NCBI GenBank assembly: GCA_019828565.1
Contig: JAHDYR010000012.1
Coordinates: forward strand, 496,001 to 560,000
Direction: 5' to 3'
From: Carpediemonas membranifera BICM
Taxonomy: Eukaryota; Protista; Fornicata
Length of the DNA: 64,000 nucleotides
The position numbers were made by a program, and so were the translations under genes. Shown piece after piece: positions 1 through 12,170 of the stretch (its first letter is position 1; each line of letters begins with the position of its first letter). The notes below the pieces were generated by a model. That model was not told the origin of the DNA. It ran no database searches and worked only from the letters and a program-made list of their open reading frames with translations.

Positions 1-2310
1 TAGGCTGGGGCCCACACAACAGAGGGCATGGCCAATCCGAGCCCGCCTTTGACTGACCGGCAGACAGAGCCTTGCGGCGAAGTCCTTGTCAGTCTCTGCG
101 CTGGACTGGAGCAGCTTCAGGATGGCGGGGACCACCTTCTGCTGTTCGAAGTCCAGTTGCGACTCGAACATGTCACCCCCGCCCGGCGAAACATTGCGGA
201 AGAAGTGCTCCCCACTTGGTGAGGGCACACAGTTTCGTCACTAGGAGGGCAGGGGCGACGGCTTCCGCGCCAATGTCAGAGACCATCGATGCAGCAGCGT
301 CAAGCAGCTCCATAACCTTGCGGTTAGCAGAGCCTAGCTCCCGCATGATGTGCGTGGCGGAGCCGATTGGAACACCAACCAGCTTGGTATCGCGTCTCCG
401 TGGGACGCCACCAGTTGTGTTGCCGTCAACGACATCCTTATGGGCTAGCACGCACTTGGCACGGTTGAGGCGGAGGCCAACCTCGTTGAACTTCTGAGCG
501 GCGAGTTCTGTGAGATTGTTGGCCTCACGGCCGACCCCAGGCGACTGTAGCGGGCGGGTAGTGGTGGCTACGATGTCATCCTGGTAGGCACGGATGCACC
601 ACCCAGGGAAAGCCTCGCGCAAGACGTCCAGAATGGGCTTAACGCCTAAGCTGAAAAAGAATTGGCGAGAGCGGGTCCCCCTTGGTGAATGCCTTCAGCC
701 GACCTCATGGTGATGCCGGAGGTAGAGAAAAGTAAGCCCCGTCGGTACATGGTCGACAGGTATGGGATGAGCGCCGGCATGTAGGCCGCCACCACCTTCA
801 TGGCGAAGGCCCTCGACAAGCATCCATAGGCGTTGGAAAGGTCGAGTGTGAGCACTGTACCGCCACTTCGGTAGACTGCACTCACCTCCTCTCCCAACCT
901 CTCCAAGCCGCACTTCTCACCTACTCCGAACTGGTCCTTCAGGGCACGATCGACGTCAACCAGCCGCTTACGGACGGACCAGGCGAGTGCCTTTGCCGCC
1001 ACACGGCGAATAGAGTCGCCGATCGCGACCCCTCGGACCTTCCCTTCACCTTTCGGCACAGGGACGAGAATGCAATGACTGAACACATCAGTGTAAGCTT
1101 CTCCGTTCAGGATGTCCTGAACCAGCGGGAGCAGAGCCTGGACTAGTTCGCGCCTTGATGTCTTGTAGGCGATCTTCAGGTGAAGGAACGATAGCCCGGA
1201 GGGCCCCGGGGCCGCCTCAGACTTGAGTGTGTTGAGGATGGTCTTCAGAGTCTTAGAGGAAACTTCGACACACTGCAGGGGGTTCTCGGGGACGTCTCGC
1301 ATGGGGACGTCGGGACAAAGCCCGTTGAACCCAACCTGGAGGTCCCGCAGTTGAGCGTCGATTTCAGTCGGTGTCAGGTCAGTCTCATTGGCTACCATGG
1401 ACGTGGCGGCCTTCGAGACAAAACCCGTGGCGAATCAGGTTCAGCGTCCGACGCCACTTGCTCGCGCTAGCGCGTCGTCCACCTCGGTCCGACGGCGGTG
1501 CGTACAGCGTCTTGGGGTAGTCTACAACCTTAAGAGCCTCAGCCCGCTTGGCGTCGTCACCTGTCGCGTTGTTCACCTCCCTCAATCGTTCAATAAGGCC
1601 TCGTGTGAACTTCTCGCGCCCGCGCTTGGGCGGAGCGATCTTTCCGAGGAACAAGGCCTGACCCGGGGAAGGAAGACATCGGGTCGATGAGCAGGGGTAG
1701 TGGGAGGTGCTGATGGCGGGGTTAGGGGGAAACCAACCGCCGAAACGTGAGCTGCCGTGTCTGCCTGGACCTCTTCGTCAACAGGCTGCGATGACAGACC
1801 CTCGTCGTCCGTCGCGATCTCTACTGCAGAGGGAGGGACATTTGCAGCGGTCTCTGGACGCATAGCGTTGTCTCGTATCGTGCAGGCGATAATCGCAATG
1901 GACTTGGGGGCTGTGTTTGCAGAACGCAACGAAGTTGCCGTTGGCAGCGCCTGTGTGGTGATGCTGTGGGCCTTAAGGAGGTCCTTGAAGCTGTCAGCAA
2001 TCGCCTTCAGGGCTTTCACGGTAAAGCGTACGATGTGTTTGTTCTGGACGTCGCGCATGAGCTCGACAACCGCAGTTTCAGAGCACAATGTGTTGAACAC
2101 CGTGTCCGTATCACACCACAGTCTGTCAATTAGGCTTATGTCGACGAACTTCGCGTAGGTGCTATGAACTTCGGTAAGAAGAGCACGAACATCCTCGGCG
2201 AAGACGCTTTCGCGCCATACGAGTCTCGTACGTCGTCGAGTCACCATCTGGCCTCCAGGATCAGCCTGGGGCACAGAAAAATGACGACATTTCCATTTCG
2301 GGAGGGAGCA
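1..2310 (-). mobile_element. Unit 1, family A (3' part lies outside the window)
   Basis: ATG at 2247, leader 2248-2310, ORF split by single-base indels. Confidence 0.9.
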
Positions 2311-5300
2311 TCGTTTATTGCCTTTTTGGACGAACTGTATTGCGAGCGGCGAGGCGCAGCCGAGCTTCGCGAGCCTGAGCGCAGCGAAGACGTCACTCTA
2401 GTGGTCAGTATGTCGGGTTTGAGGCACTGCTCGCTCCGAAATCTCCCTTTCGACTCTCCACTCAGTCACAACGAACGCGAACGCGAATAACGCGCAGATC
2501 ACGCTCAAAGTACAGAAACAACATCAGTATTAGTGGTTGAGGCCATTAGCCTCAGCTTGACGGTGCGCAGCATCCGCCTGGCGCATGAACGCATGGAACA
2601 CATGAACTTGCTGCCGCATACAGGCCATCATGACCGCGTCGGCAATCTGCCCAACAGTTTCGGCATCAAGGCCCAAAACGTCGCGCATCTCGTCGGTCCA
2701 TCCTCTCCCATGCACAGCACCAACACCACCACTCTGGCGAACGACCACGGGAATAACCCGGACGTTCCAGTTGGCGTACTGCTCCTTCTTGCTCCGCATA
2801 GATGCAGACGCGTGATTGCTCACCACTACGTCAAGCACAACGGGTTCGGTATGGCCCGGTCTGGTCAAGAGGAGGTCCGCCCGCGCCTTGACCCGTTTGG
2901 TCCGGTCCACAGTCCACTCGCTGCCCCGTCCGAGCCAATGCTCAACTCTTACGCGCCAGGGGGTGCCCGCGCAGCAGTTTGGCGAGCGTGTCGCGAATTT
3001 GGTCGTGCCGCTCCGATCCCAGCCCCTCCCTCAGGAAGGGACAGGTAAGAGAATGCTCGGCTGAGCAGGGGACAGACCGGTGGTTAACACTACGGGCCAG
3101 GCATAGCGGACAGACGTCGTGGCCTGTCTCAAAGGCAGGAAGGCCGACATGGTTGCGAAGCATCGGTGCAGCACCCTCGTCACAGGGGTTACGACCCATA
3201 GCGGCTGGATCAGCCGCGAGTAGAGACCTGATCACGTTTGGCGAGTCGACTGAAACAGTCAGTTGGCTGGAAATGTTATCCTGCAGGAGGCGTACCAACT
3301 TCTTCTGCGTGCTCTCGAGTGAGAGCTTTCTGACATCGCCATATGATGTCGGCCAATCCTTGGGCGTCGCGGCGAGAGCCGGGATGCATGGCAGTGCGTC
3401 TTGGATGAGAGCCTCGGGCCTTTCGACCTTCAGCTCTATGAGTTGTCGTGCGGCACCCAGATAGGCTGGGGCCCACACAACAGAGGGCATGGCCAATCCG
3501 AGCCCGCCTTGACTGACCGGCAGACAGAGCCTTGCGGCGAAGTCCTTGTCAGTCTCTGCGCTGGACTGGAGCAGCTTCAGGATGGCGGGGACCACCTTCT
3601 GCTGTTCGAAGTCCAGTTGCGACTCGAACATGTCACCCCCGCCCGGCGAAACATTGCGGAAGAAGTGCTCCCACTTGGTGAGGGGCACACAGTTTCGTCA
3701 CTAGGAGGGCAGGGGCGACGGCTTCCGCGCCAATGTCAGAGACCATCGATGCAGCAGCGTCAAGCAGCTCCATAACCTTGCGGTTAGCAGAGCCTAGCTC
3801 CCGCATGATGTGCGTGGCGGAGCCGATTGGAACACCAACCAGCTTGGTATCGCGTCTCCGTGGGACGCCACCAGTTGTGTTGCCGTCAACGACATCCTTA
3901 TGGGCTAGCACGCACTTGGCACGGTTGAGGCGGAGGCCAACCTCGTTGAACTTCTGAGCGGCGAGTTCTGTGAGATTGTTGGCCTCACGGCCGACCCCAG
4001 GCGACTGTAGCGGGCGGGTAGTGGTGGCTACGATGTCATCCTGGTAGGCACGGATGCACCACCCAGGGAAAGCCTCGCGCAAGACGTCCAGAATGGGCTT
4101 AACGCCTAAGCTGAAAAAGAATTGGCGAGAGCGGGTCCCCTTGGTGAATGCCTTCAGCCGACCTCATGGTGATGCCGGAGGTAGAGAAAAGTAAGCCCCG
4201 TCGGTACATGGTCGACAGGTATGGGATGAGCGCCGGCATGTAGGCCGCCACCACCTTCATGGCGAAGGCCCTCGACAAGCATCCATAGGCGTTGGAAAGG
4301 TCGAGTGTGAGCACTGTACCGCCACTTCGGTAGACTGCACTCACCTCCTCTCCCAACCTCTCCAAGCCGCACTTCTCACCTACTCCGAACTGGTCCTTCA
4401 GGGCACGATCGACGTCAACCAGCCGCTTACGGACGGACCAGGCGAGTGCCTTTGCCGCCACACGGCGAATAGAGTCGCCGATCGCGACCCCTCGGACCTT
4501 CCCTTCACCTTTCGGCACAGGGACGAGAATGCAATGACTGAACACATCAGTGTAAGCTTCTCCGTTCAGGATGTCCTGAACCAGCGGGAGCAGAGCCTGG
4601 ACTAGTTCGCGCCTTGATGTCTTGTAGGCGATCTTCAGGTGAAGGAACGATAGCCCGGAGGGCCCCGGGGCCGCCTCAGACTTGAGTGTGTTGAGGATGG
4701 TCTTCAGAGTCTTAGAGGAAACTTCGACACACTGCAGGGGGTTCTCGGGGACGTCTCGCATGGGGACGTCGGGACAAAGCCCGTTGAACCCAACCTGGAG
4801 GTCCCGCAGTTGAGCGTCGATTTCAGTCGGTGTCAGGTCAGTCTCATTGGCTACCATGGACGTGGCGGCCTTCGAGACAAACCCGTGGCGAATCAGGTTC
4901 AGCGTCCGACGCCACTTGCTCGCGCTAGCGCGTCGTCCACCTCGGTCCGACGGCGGTGCGTACAGCGTCTTGGGGTAGTCTACAACCTTAAGAGCCTCAG
5001 CCCGCTTGGCGTCGTCACCTGTCGCGTTGTTCACCTCCCTCAATCGTTCAATAAGGCCTCGTGTGAACTTCTCGCGCCCGCGCTTGGGCGGAGCGATCTT
5101 TCCGAGGAACAAGGCCTGACCCGGGGAAGGAAGACATCGGGTCGATGAGCAGGGGTAGTGGGAGGTGCTGATGGCGGGGTTAGGGGGAAACCAACCGCCG
5201 AAACGTGAGCTGCCGTGTCTGCCTGGACCTCTTCGTCAACAGGCTGCGATGACAGACCCTCGTCGTCCGTCGCGATCTCTACTGCAGAGGGAGGGACATT

Positions 5301-5767
5301 TGCAGCGGTCTCTGGACGCATAGCGTTGTCTCGTATCGTGCAGGCGATAATCGCAATGGACTTGGGGGCTGTGTTTGCAGAACGCAACGAAGTTGCCGTT
5401 GGCAGCGCCTGTGTGGTGATGCTGTGGGCCTTAAGGAGGTCCTTGAAGCTGTCAGCAATCGCCTTCAGGGCTTTCACGGTAAAGCGTACGATGTGTTTGT
5501 TCTGGACGTCGCGCATGAGCTCGACAACCGCAGTTTCAGAGCACAATGTGTTGAACACCGTGTCCGTATCACACCACAGTCTGTCAATTAGGCTTATGTC
5601 GACGAACTTCGCGTAGGTGCTATGAACTTCGGTAAGAAGAGCACGAACATCCTCGGCGAAGACGCTTTCGCGCCATACGAGTCTCGTACGTCGTCGAGTC
5701 ACCATCTGGCCTCCAGGATCAGCCTGGGGCACAGAAAATGACGACATTTCCATTTCGGGAGGGAGCA
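2311..5767 (-). mobile_element. Unit 2, family A, full length
   Basis: ORF 5705->2530 in several frames because of homopolymer indels. Confidence 0.92.
2530..5705 (-). CDS. Family A RT-RLE polyprotein (frameshifted copy)
   Basis: ORF fragments 5040-5768, 4099-5112, 3633-4082, 2942-3688 and 2530-2910 join into one protein. Confidence 0.8.
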
Positions 5768-5985
5768 TCGTTTATTGCCTTTTGGACGAACTGTATTGCG
5801 AGCGGCGAGGCGCAGCCGAGCTTCGCGAGCCTGAGCGCAGCGAAGACGTCACTCTAGTGGTCAGTATGTCGGGTTTGAGGCACTGCTCGCTCCGAAATCT
5901 CCCTTTCGACTCTCCACTCAGTCACAACGAACGCGAACGCGAATAACGCGCAGATCACGCTCAAAGTACAGAAACAACATCAGTA

Positions 5986-7955
5986 TTAGTGGTTGAGGCC
6001 ATTAGCCTCAGCTTGACGGTGCGCAGCATCCGCCTGGCGCATGAACGCATGGAACACATGAACTTGCTGCCGCATACAGGCCATCATGACCGCGTCGGCA
6101 ATCTGCCCAACAGTTTCGGCATCAAGGCCCAAAACGTCGCGCATCTCGTCGGTCCATCCTCTCCCATGCACAGCACCAACACCACCACTCTGGCGAACGA
6201 CCACGGGAATAACCCGGACGTTCCAGTTGGCGTACTGCTCCTTCTTGCTCCGCATAGATGCAGACGCGTGATTGCTCACCACTACGTCAAGCACAACGGG
6301 TTCGGTATGGCCCGGTCTGGTCAAGAGGAGGTCCGCCCGCGCCTTGACCCGTTTGGTCCGGTCCACAGTCCACTCGCTGCCCCGTCCGAGCCAATGCTCA
6401 ACTCTTACGCGCCAGGGGTGCCCGCGCAGCAGTTTGGCGAGCGTGTCGCGAATTTGGTCGTGCCGCTCCGATCCCAGCCCCTCCCTCAGGAAGGGACAGG
6501 TAAGAGAATGCTCGGCTGAGCAGGGGACAGACCGGTGGTTAACACTACGGGCCAGGCATAGCGGACAGACGTCGTGGCCTGTCTCAAAGGCAGGAAGGCC
6601 GACATGGTTGCGAAGCATCGGTGCAGCACCCTCGTCACAGGGGTTACGACCCATAGCGGCTGGATCAGCCGCGAGTAGAGACCTGATCACGTTTGGCGAG
6701 TCGACTGAAACAGTCAGTTGGCTGGAAATGTTATCCTGCAGGAGGCGTACCAACTTCTTCTGCGTGCTCTCGAGTGAGAGCTTTCTGACATCGCCATATG
6801 ATGTCGGCCAATCCTTGGGCGTCGCGGCGAGAGCCGGGATGCATGGCAGTGCGTCTTGGATGAGAGCCTCGGGCCTTTCGACCTTCAGCTCTATGAGTTG
6901 TCGTGCGGCACCCAGATAGGCTGGGGCCCACACAACAGAGGGCATGGCCAATCCGAGCCCGCCTTGACTGACCGGCAGACAGAGCCTTGCGGCGAAGTCC
7001 TTGTCAGTCTCTGCGCTGGACTGGAGCAGCTTCAGGATGGCGGGGACCACCTTCTGCTGTTCGAAGTCCAGTTGCGACTCGAACATGTCACCCCCGCCCG
7101 GCGAAACATTGCGGAAGAAGTGCTCCCACTTGGTGAGGGCACACAGTTTCGTCACTAGGAGGGCAGGGGCGACGGCTTCCGCGCCAATGTCAGAGACCAT
7201 CGATGCAGCAGCGTCAAGCAGCTCCATAACCTTGCGGTTAGCAGAGCCTAGCTCCCGCATGATGTGCGTGGCGGAGCCGATTGGAACACCAACCAGCTTG
7301 ATATCGCGTCTCCGTGGGACGCCACCAGTTGTGTTGCCGTCAACGACATCCTTATGGGCTAGCACGCACTTGGCACGGTTGAGGCGGAGGCCAACCTCGT
7401 TGAACTTCTGAGCGGCGAGTTCTGTGAGATTGTTGGCCTCACGGCCGACCCCAGGCGACTGTAGCGGGCGGGTAGTGGTGGCTACAATGTCATCCTGGTA
7501 GGCACGGATGCACCACCCAGGGAAAGCCTCGCGCAAGACGTCCAGAATGGGCTTAACGCCTAAGCTGAAAAAGAATTGGCGAGAGCGGGTCCCCTTGGTG
7601 AATGCCTTCAGCCGACCTCATGGTGATGCCGGAGGTAGAGAAAAGTAAGCCCCGTCGGTACATGGTCGACAGGTATGGGATGAGCGCCGGCATGTAGGCC
7701 GCCACCACCTTCATGGCGAAGGCCCTCGACAAGCATCCATAGGCGTTGGAAAGGTCGAGTGTGAGCACTGTACCGCCACTTCGGTAGACTGCACTCACCT
7801 CCTCTCCCAACCTCTCCAAGCCGCACTTCTCACCTACTCCGAACTGGTCCTTCAGGGCACGATCGACGTCAACCAGCCGCTTACGGACGGACCAGGCGAG
7901 TGCCTTTGCCGCCACACGGCGAATAGAGTCGCCGATCGCGACCCCTCGGACCTTC
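5986..7955 (-). pseudogene. 5'-deleted family A RT-RLE ORF
   Basis: ORFs 5986-7536 and 7553-8032. Confidence 0.8.
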
Positions 7956-7967
7956 AAATACCTTACA

Positions 7968-10550
7968 GTCAAATCCGGGCGTGAATGCGGGGAGGCCCAG
8001 GTGATTGCGGAAGATGGGGGCAACAGCGGCATCGGTTACCGAGCGCCCAAGAGAGGTCGGGTCGACCATCATGAACGACCGAACGACGTTGGGCGAGACG
8101 GCGGCACTCACAGAGAGCTTGGTGGCAATAGATTCCTCAACGAGGCGAACCAAGTTCTTCTGCGTGTGGTCGGCGTCAAGAGCCTTCACATCGTCCAAGC
8201 CACTAGGCCAGTTCGACGGCGTGTTGAGCTGGGGCGGGAGACACTTGATGGCACCCGTCACGCTGTCAGGTGAGCGTGTAACACCCAGCCCTGCCAGTTG
8301 TCTCGTGGCCGCGAGGAACGCGGGAGCCCACACGACTGATGGCATTGCCAGCGCAAGCCCGCGTCTTTCGACCGGCATACTCAGGCGGAGAGCAAAGTCG
8401 TCATCGACCTCAGCCTCGCTCGACAGGATTCGGAGGATGGCCGGGACCGCCTCTTTCTTCTCAAATCCGAGCTCAGCCTCGTAGAGATCGTTGCCGACTC
8501 CACCCGTTGCGGGGGGAACGTTACGGAAGAAGTGCTCCCACTTTGTGAGCGCACAATACTTCGCAATGATCAACGCAGGGGCAGTTGCCTCCGGCCCCTC
8601 CTTGGCCACCATCTCTCCGGCAGCGTTAAGGAGTTGCATCACGCGACAATTGACCTTGGCCAACTCACCCATCGCATGAGCAGCGGACCCAACCGGAACG
8701 CCCACGAGGTTTAGGCTGCGTCTTCTTGGGACGCCTCCCGAGGTGTTGCCGTCGGTAACGTCTCTGTGTGCCACAACGCACTTCGACTTGTTGAGCCGCA
8801 GGCCGACTTCGAGGAACTTCTCCCTCGCGATCTCGACAAGGTTGTTAGCCTCTCGGCCGACACCGGGCGTCTGCAAAGGCCGATCAGTCGTGGCGACTAG
8901 ATCGTCTTGGTACGCTTGGAGGTGCCAACCCGGGAACGCCTCGCGCAGAACGTCCAGAATGGGCTTGATGCCCAGGCTGAACAGAATAGGGGACAGGGGA
9001 TCTCCTTGATGTATGCCCTCAGCTGCCTTATCACTCCTCCCTGACGTGGAGAATAGGAGCCCTTGGCGATACATCGTAGACAGGTAGGGCATGAGAGCAG
9101 GCATGTAAGCGCGTACCACGTCGAACATGAACGCCCTAGATAGGCATCCATAAGCGTTCGATAAGTCGAGGGAGACAACAGTCCCTCCCTCCTCGTAGAC
9201 CCTGGTCACGCTGTCACTCAGCCTCTCCAGGCCGCACTTCTCCCCCACCCCATACTGATCCTTGAGGGTCCGGTCGACGTCGACCAGGCGGGCCCTCACA
9301 GCCCAGGCGAGAGCCTTCGCCGCAACCCGCCGAAGCGAGTCCCCGATGGCCACTCCTCGGATCTTCCCGGCCCCCTTGGGGACCGGGACAATGATGCAGT
9401 GGCTCAATGCCGCGGTGTAGGTCTCGCCGTTCAGGATGTCCTGTACGATCGGCATCAATGCGGCGATGAGGTCATGTCTGGCCACCTTCGCTGCTATTCT
9501 GATATGGAGGAAGGACAAGCCCGACGGCCCTGGGGCCGCCTCGGCCTTTAGAGCGTGTAGTACAGTCTTGAGGGTCCTAGCGGACACCTCAACTGACTGC
9601 AGTGGCTCTGCGGGGACGTCCTTAAACGGAACATCTGGGCGCAGGCCACTGTAATCCTCCTGCAGTCTCTTCAGCTCTACATCCACCTCCTGTGGTGACA
9701 GGCCCGCATCCTCAGCTACCAGCGCAGTGGCTGCCTTGGACACGAACCCGTGGCGAACCAGTCGCATCACCTTACGCCACTTGGACGGGCGGCGCTTGGG
9801 GCCTTTCGATGCAACCGGCGGTGCGTACAGCGCCTTCGGGTACTCGAGTACCGTCCTCAGGGCCGCGCGCTTCTCGTCCTCGCTCTCCACGAGGGCCACC
9901 CGCTTGAGCTTCTCGATCAGGCCTCTGGCGAATTTCTCGCGTCCCCTCTTGGGGGGAGCGATCTTGCCAAGGAAGAGAGCCTGTCCCGGTGGTAGGAACA
10001 CGTCGGGTCGATGGGCTGGGTGAGCGGGAGGGGCAGTCGGGGGGCTTGCGGTGAAGCCCGCCGCGGTGACGTGCGCTGCTGCGCTCGGCTGCGATGACAG
10101 CTGGCTACCAGGGGCGTGGACCTCTTCGACAGATGGAAGGAGACTGGCAGGGTCGTTGTTGCCCATCACGTTTCTCCTGATCTCTCGGAAGAATTCGGCC
10201 GCCACCGACGGAGCTGTTTTGGCAGAACGCAGCGGTGTTGCTTTGGGAGTACTGCTAAGAGTAACACCCGCCGCGTCTAAGAGCCGCTTGAAGGAATCTA
10301 CGATGTCCTTCAGTGCTCTCACCGTCAAACGCACAATCTTCTTGTTGTTCACGTCCTTCATCAGCTCGACGATGGCCGCCTCGGAGCACAGCGTATCAAA
10401 CACTGTCTCTACATTGCACCAACGTGCGTCAATGAACTCAGCATTGACGAATTTCGCGTAGTCGGTACGAACAGTCTGCAGCAGAAGCTGTACGTCCCGA
10501 GCAAGCGCGTTTTCGCGCCAATCGGACGTTATGGAAACTCTCATCGCCAT
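7968..10550 (-). pseudogene. 3'-deleted family B ORF (RT present; zinc knuckle and RLE lost)
   Basis: 910-aa ORF 7881-10613 runs into family A sequence out of frame. Confidence 0.8.
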
Positions 10551-10865
10551 CTGGCCTCCAGGATCAGCCTGGGGCACAGAAAATGACGACATTTCCATTT
10601 CGGGAGGGAGCAAACTTTTATGTAATCAACGACAAACTGTCTAGCTAGCTGTCCTAGCCTCTAGACATACTTGCTCTACCCAACGGGGATATCCCACCGG
10701 CAACGAGCATAGTGGAATGGCTTGCAGGCACGCTTGCGAGCCCAAACCGACCGTCTCCTCGAGAGACCGCGTCAAAGAATGTCTGTTGTGGCTTACATCT
10801 GCCGTTGTAACGCGTGTCAGCCCCACCCTACCTAGCTCTCCCAGCCACTAGCTCCCGTCAGAGAT

Positions 10866-12170
10866 TTAAAGTGGTGGTTGGAGAAGGATGGAGGCCAGGT
10901 GTCCCTGGACCCCCGGGTGTGTGCGGACCCCGTTGCCCATATATCTCAGCATGCTTTTCGTGGAGGCCCACGTCCCCATGGACAGGAGGACTTCGGTACT
11001 CGTGTGGGCTACCGCCAACTCCGTGGTGGCGCCCTTGCGGAATGAGTGCCACGAAATGTCGGTGCCGTACGCCTGGTGGATCCAGTGGCGGAGGGTTGAC
11101 GCCGGTAGCGGCTTCGATAGTGAAATACCACCGGTTGAGGTGATCGCCCGCCAGATGAGGTCGTCGTCGCGGCGCGTTGCCGTGGGGACCCATGCCTTCA
11201 GGGCCCTTGCTGGGTTAAAGCGGGCCCACGATTGGTTTGGTACCAGCTTGCGGACGCCTGTGGCAGTCTTAGTTCTCGCGAACAGAAGGAGGGCATTGCC
11301 ATCAGCGTCGAACTCGACGTCTCTTCGTCTGAGCCCAAAGATCTCTGCGCCTCTACTCACGGTGATAAAGCAGAGAGCAGAAAAGAGGGCGGCCTGGAAG
11401 GCTTGGGGTGACTTCCGACGTCTGTCTATGACCCTGCGGACTCTCGCGGACGTGACAGGCTTCGCACCCCCGGTCAGGCCTTCTACAGAGGCGACGTTCC
11501 GGGTGGCGGCGATTATCTGCTTGGCAGCGATCGGGGGGCGCCAGTCAGACACGAGTGGGGCGGCCTCGCAAATCCAGTAGCCTTTCCTGTGTATCGACTG
11601 TGGGCCCGACGTGGTACCCTCGGTCAGAAGGAACTCTTTGAGCTGTTGCGCGTGTGAGTGGCTCGCGTTGCGGGATTGGAGGAATTTGGCGACCCAGCCC
11701 GCTGCTGTGCGGCGCGACGATTCGTTTCTGAAATGTGATAGTCGGTCGTCAGCGAGGAGGGCTTGGAACGGGTCCTCAGGATAAGCGCCACGAAGCGGAT
11801 CTTGCCCTTGTCTGTCGCTGTCCAGGCTAGCTCGGACTGCAGGAGGTGTTTCGCCTGGACTCTGAGGTACAACTTGAGGGGTGTCAAACGTTTGATGGCT
11901 CGGACCTCGGGCGAGTTGAGGTCCGGGCACAGGACTATCGCCGCTGATCTCCAGTGTCGAGGGTTCCCAGTCTGGGTCGAGGCGCGTATTGTCTGGAGGC
12001 GACGACACGTCACTCCAAGAAGGGCTATAGGAGGAGCTATATAAATCCTGACTCCCCTCCAGTCCATCTGGAAGCCGTTGTCGTGGATTGACCAGGCTAT
12101 TTCTGCAAAGCCTGGTAAGGCCAGAACCTTGTCGGGGCGTGCTGTGACGTCGATCTCGACCGGCCCCCAC
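10866..12170 (-). CDS. Tyrosine recombinase of the DIRS element
   Basis: Catalytic set present: SRGAEI (R), RTKT (K), HSFRKG (HxxR), GTW, MLRY (Y). True start uncertain. Confidence 0.9.
   Translation of the reverse strand: MGAGRDRRHSTPRQGSGLTRLCRNSLVNPRQRLPDGLEGSQDLYSSSYSPSWSDVSSPPDNTRLDPDWEPSTLEISGDSPVPGPQLARGPSHQTFDTPQVVPQSPGETPPAVRASLDSDRQGQDPLRGAYPEDPFQALLADDRLSHFRNESSRRTAAGWVAKFLQSRNASHSHAQQLKEFLLTEGTTSGPQSIHRKGYWICEAAPLVSDWRPPIAAKQIIAATRNVASVEGLTGGAKPVTSARVRRVIDRRRKSPQAFQAALFSALCFITVSRGAEIFGLRRRDVEFDADGNALLLFARTKTATGVRKLVPNQSWARFNPARALKAWVPTATRRDDDLIWRAITSTGGISLSKPLPASTLRHWIHQAYGTDISWHSFRKGATTELAVAHTSTEVLLSMGTWASTKSMLRYMGNGVRTHPGVQGHLASILLQPPL

Larger units (their letters stand above)
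5768..10612 (-). mobile_element. Unit 3, fusion of an A 3' part (5768-7955) and a B 5' part (7968-10612)
   Basis: Sequence switches family across the 12-nt filler AAATACCTTACA (7956-7967). Confidence 0.9.

Noticed and set aside
1-2310. Calling the array telomeric
   Set aside because: No telomeric repeats are in the window and the left end is not visible; location remains a hypothesis
5767-5797. Family A tail (ATCGTTTATTGCCTTTTGG) resembles the U2 snRNA 5' end
   Set aside because: The match is short, lacks the GTGTAGTA branch-pairing region, and is absent from tail B
5706-5845. Repeat-spacer-repeat look of the junction cassette (CRISPR-like)
   Set aside because: Only two spacer variants, tied to element family, 3.4 kb apart, and no cas genes
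5963-5975. GTTTCTGTACTTT matches the kinetoplastid spliced-leader core
   Set aside because: Only 13 nt, inside the A 3' UTR rather than at a junction, with no following TTG/GT donor and no counterpart in B
5846-5985. Hammerhead or HDV ribozyme in the UTR or junction
   Set aside because: CTGA and GAAA words are present, but no CUGANGA core with stems or nested HDV pseudoknot could be built by eye
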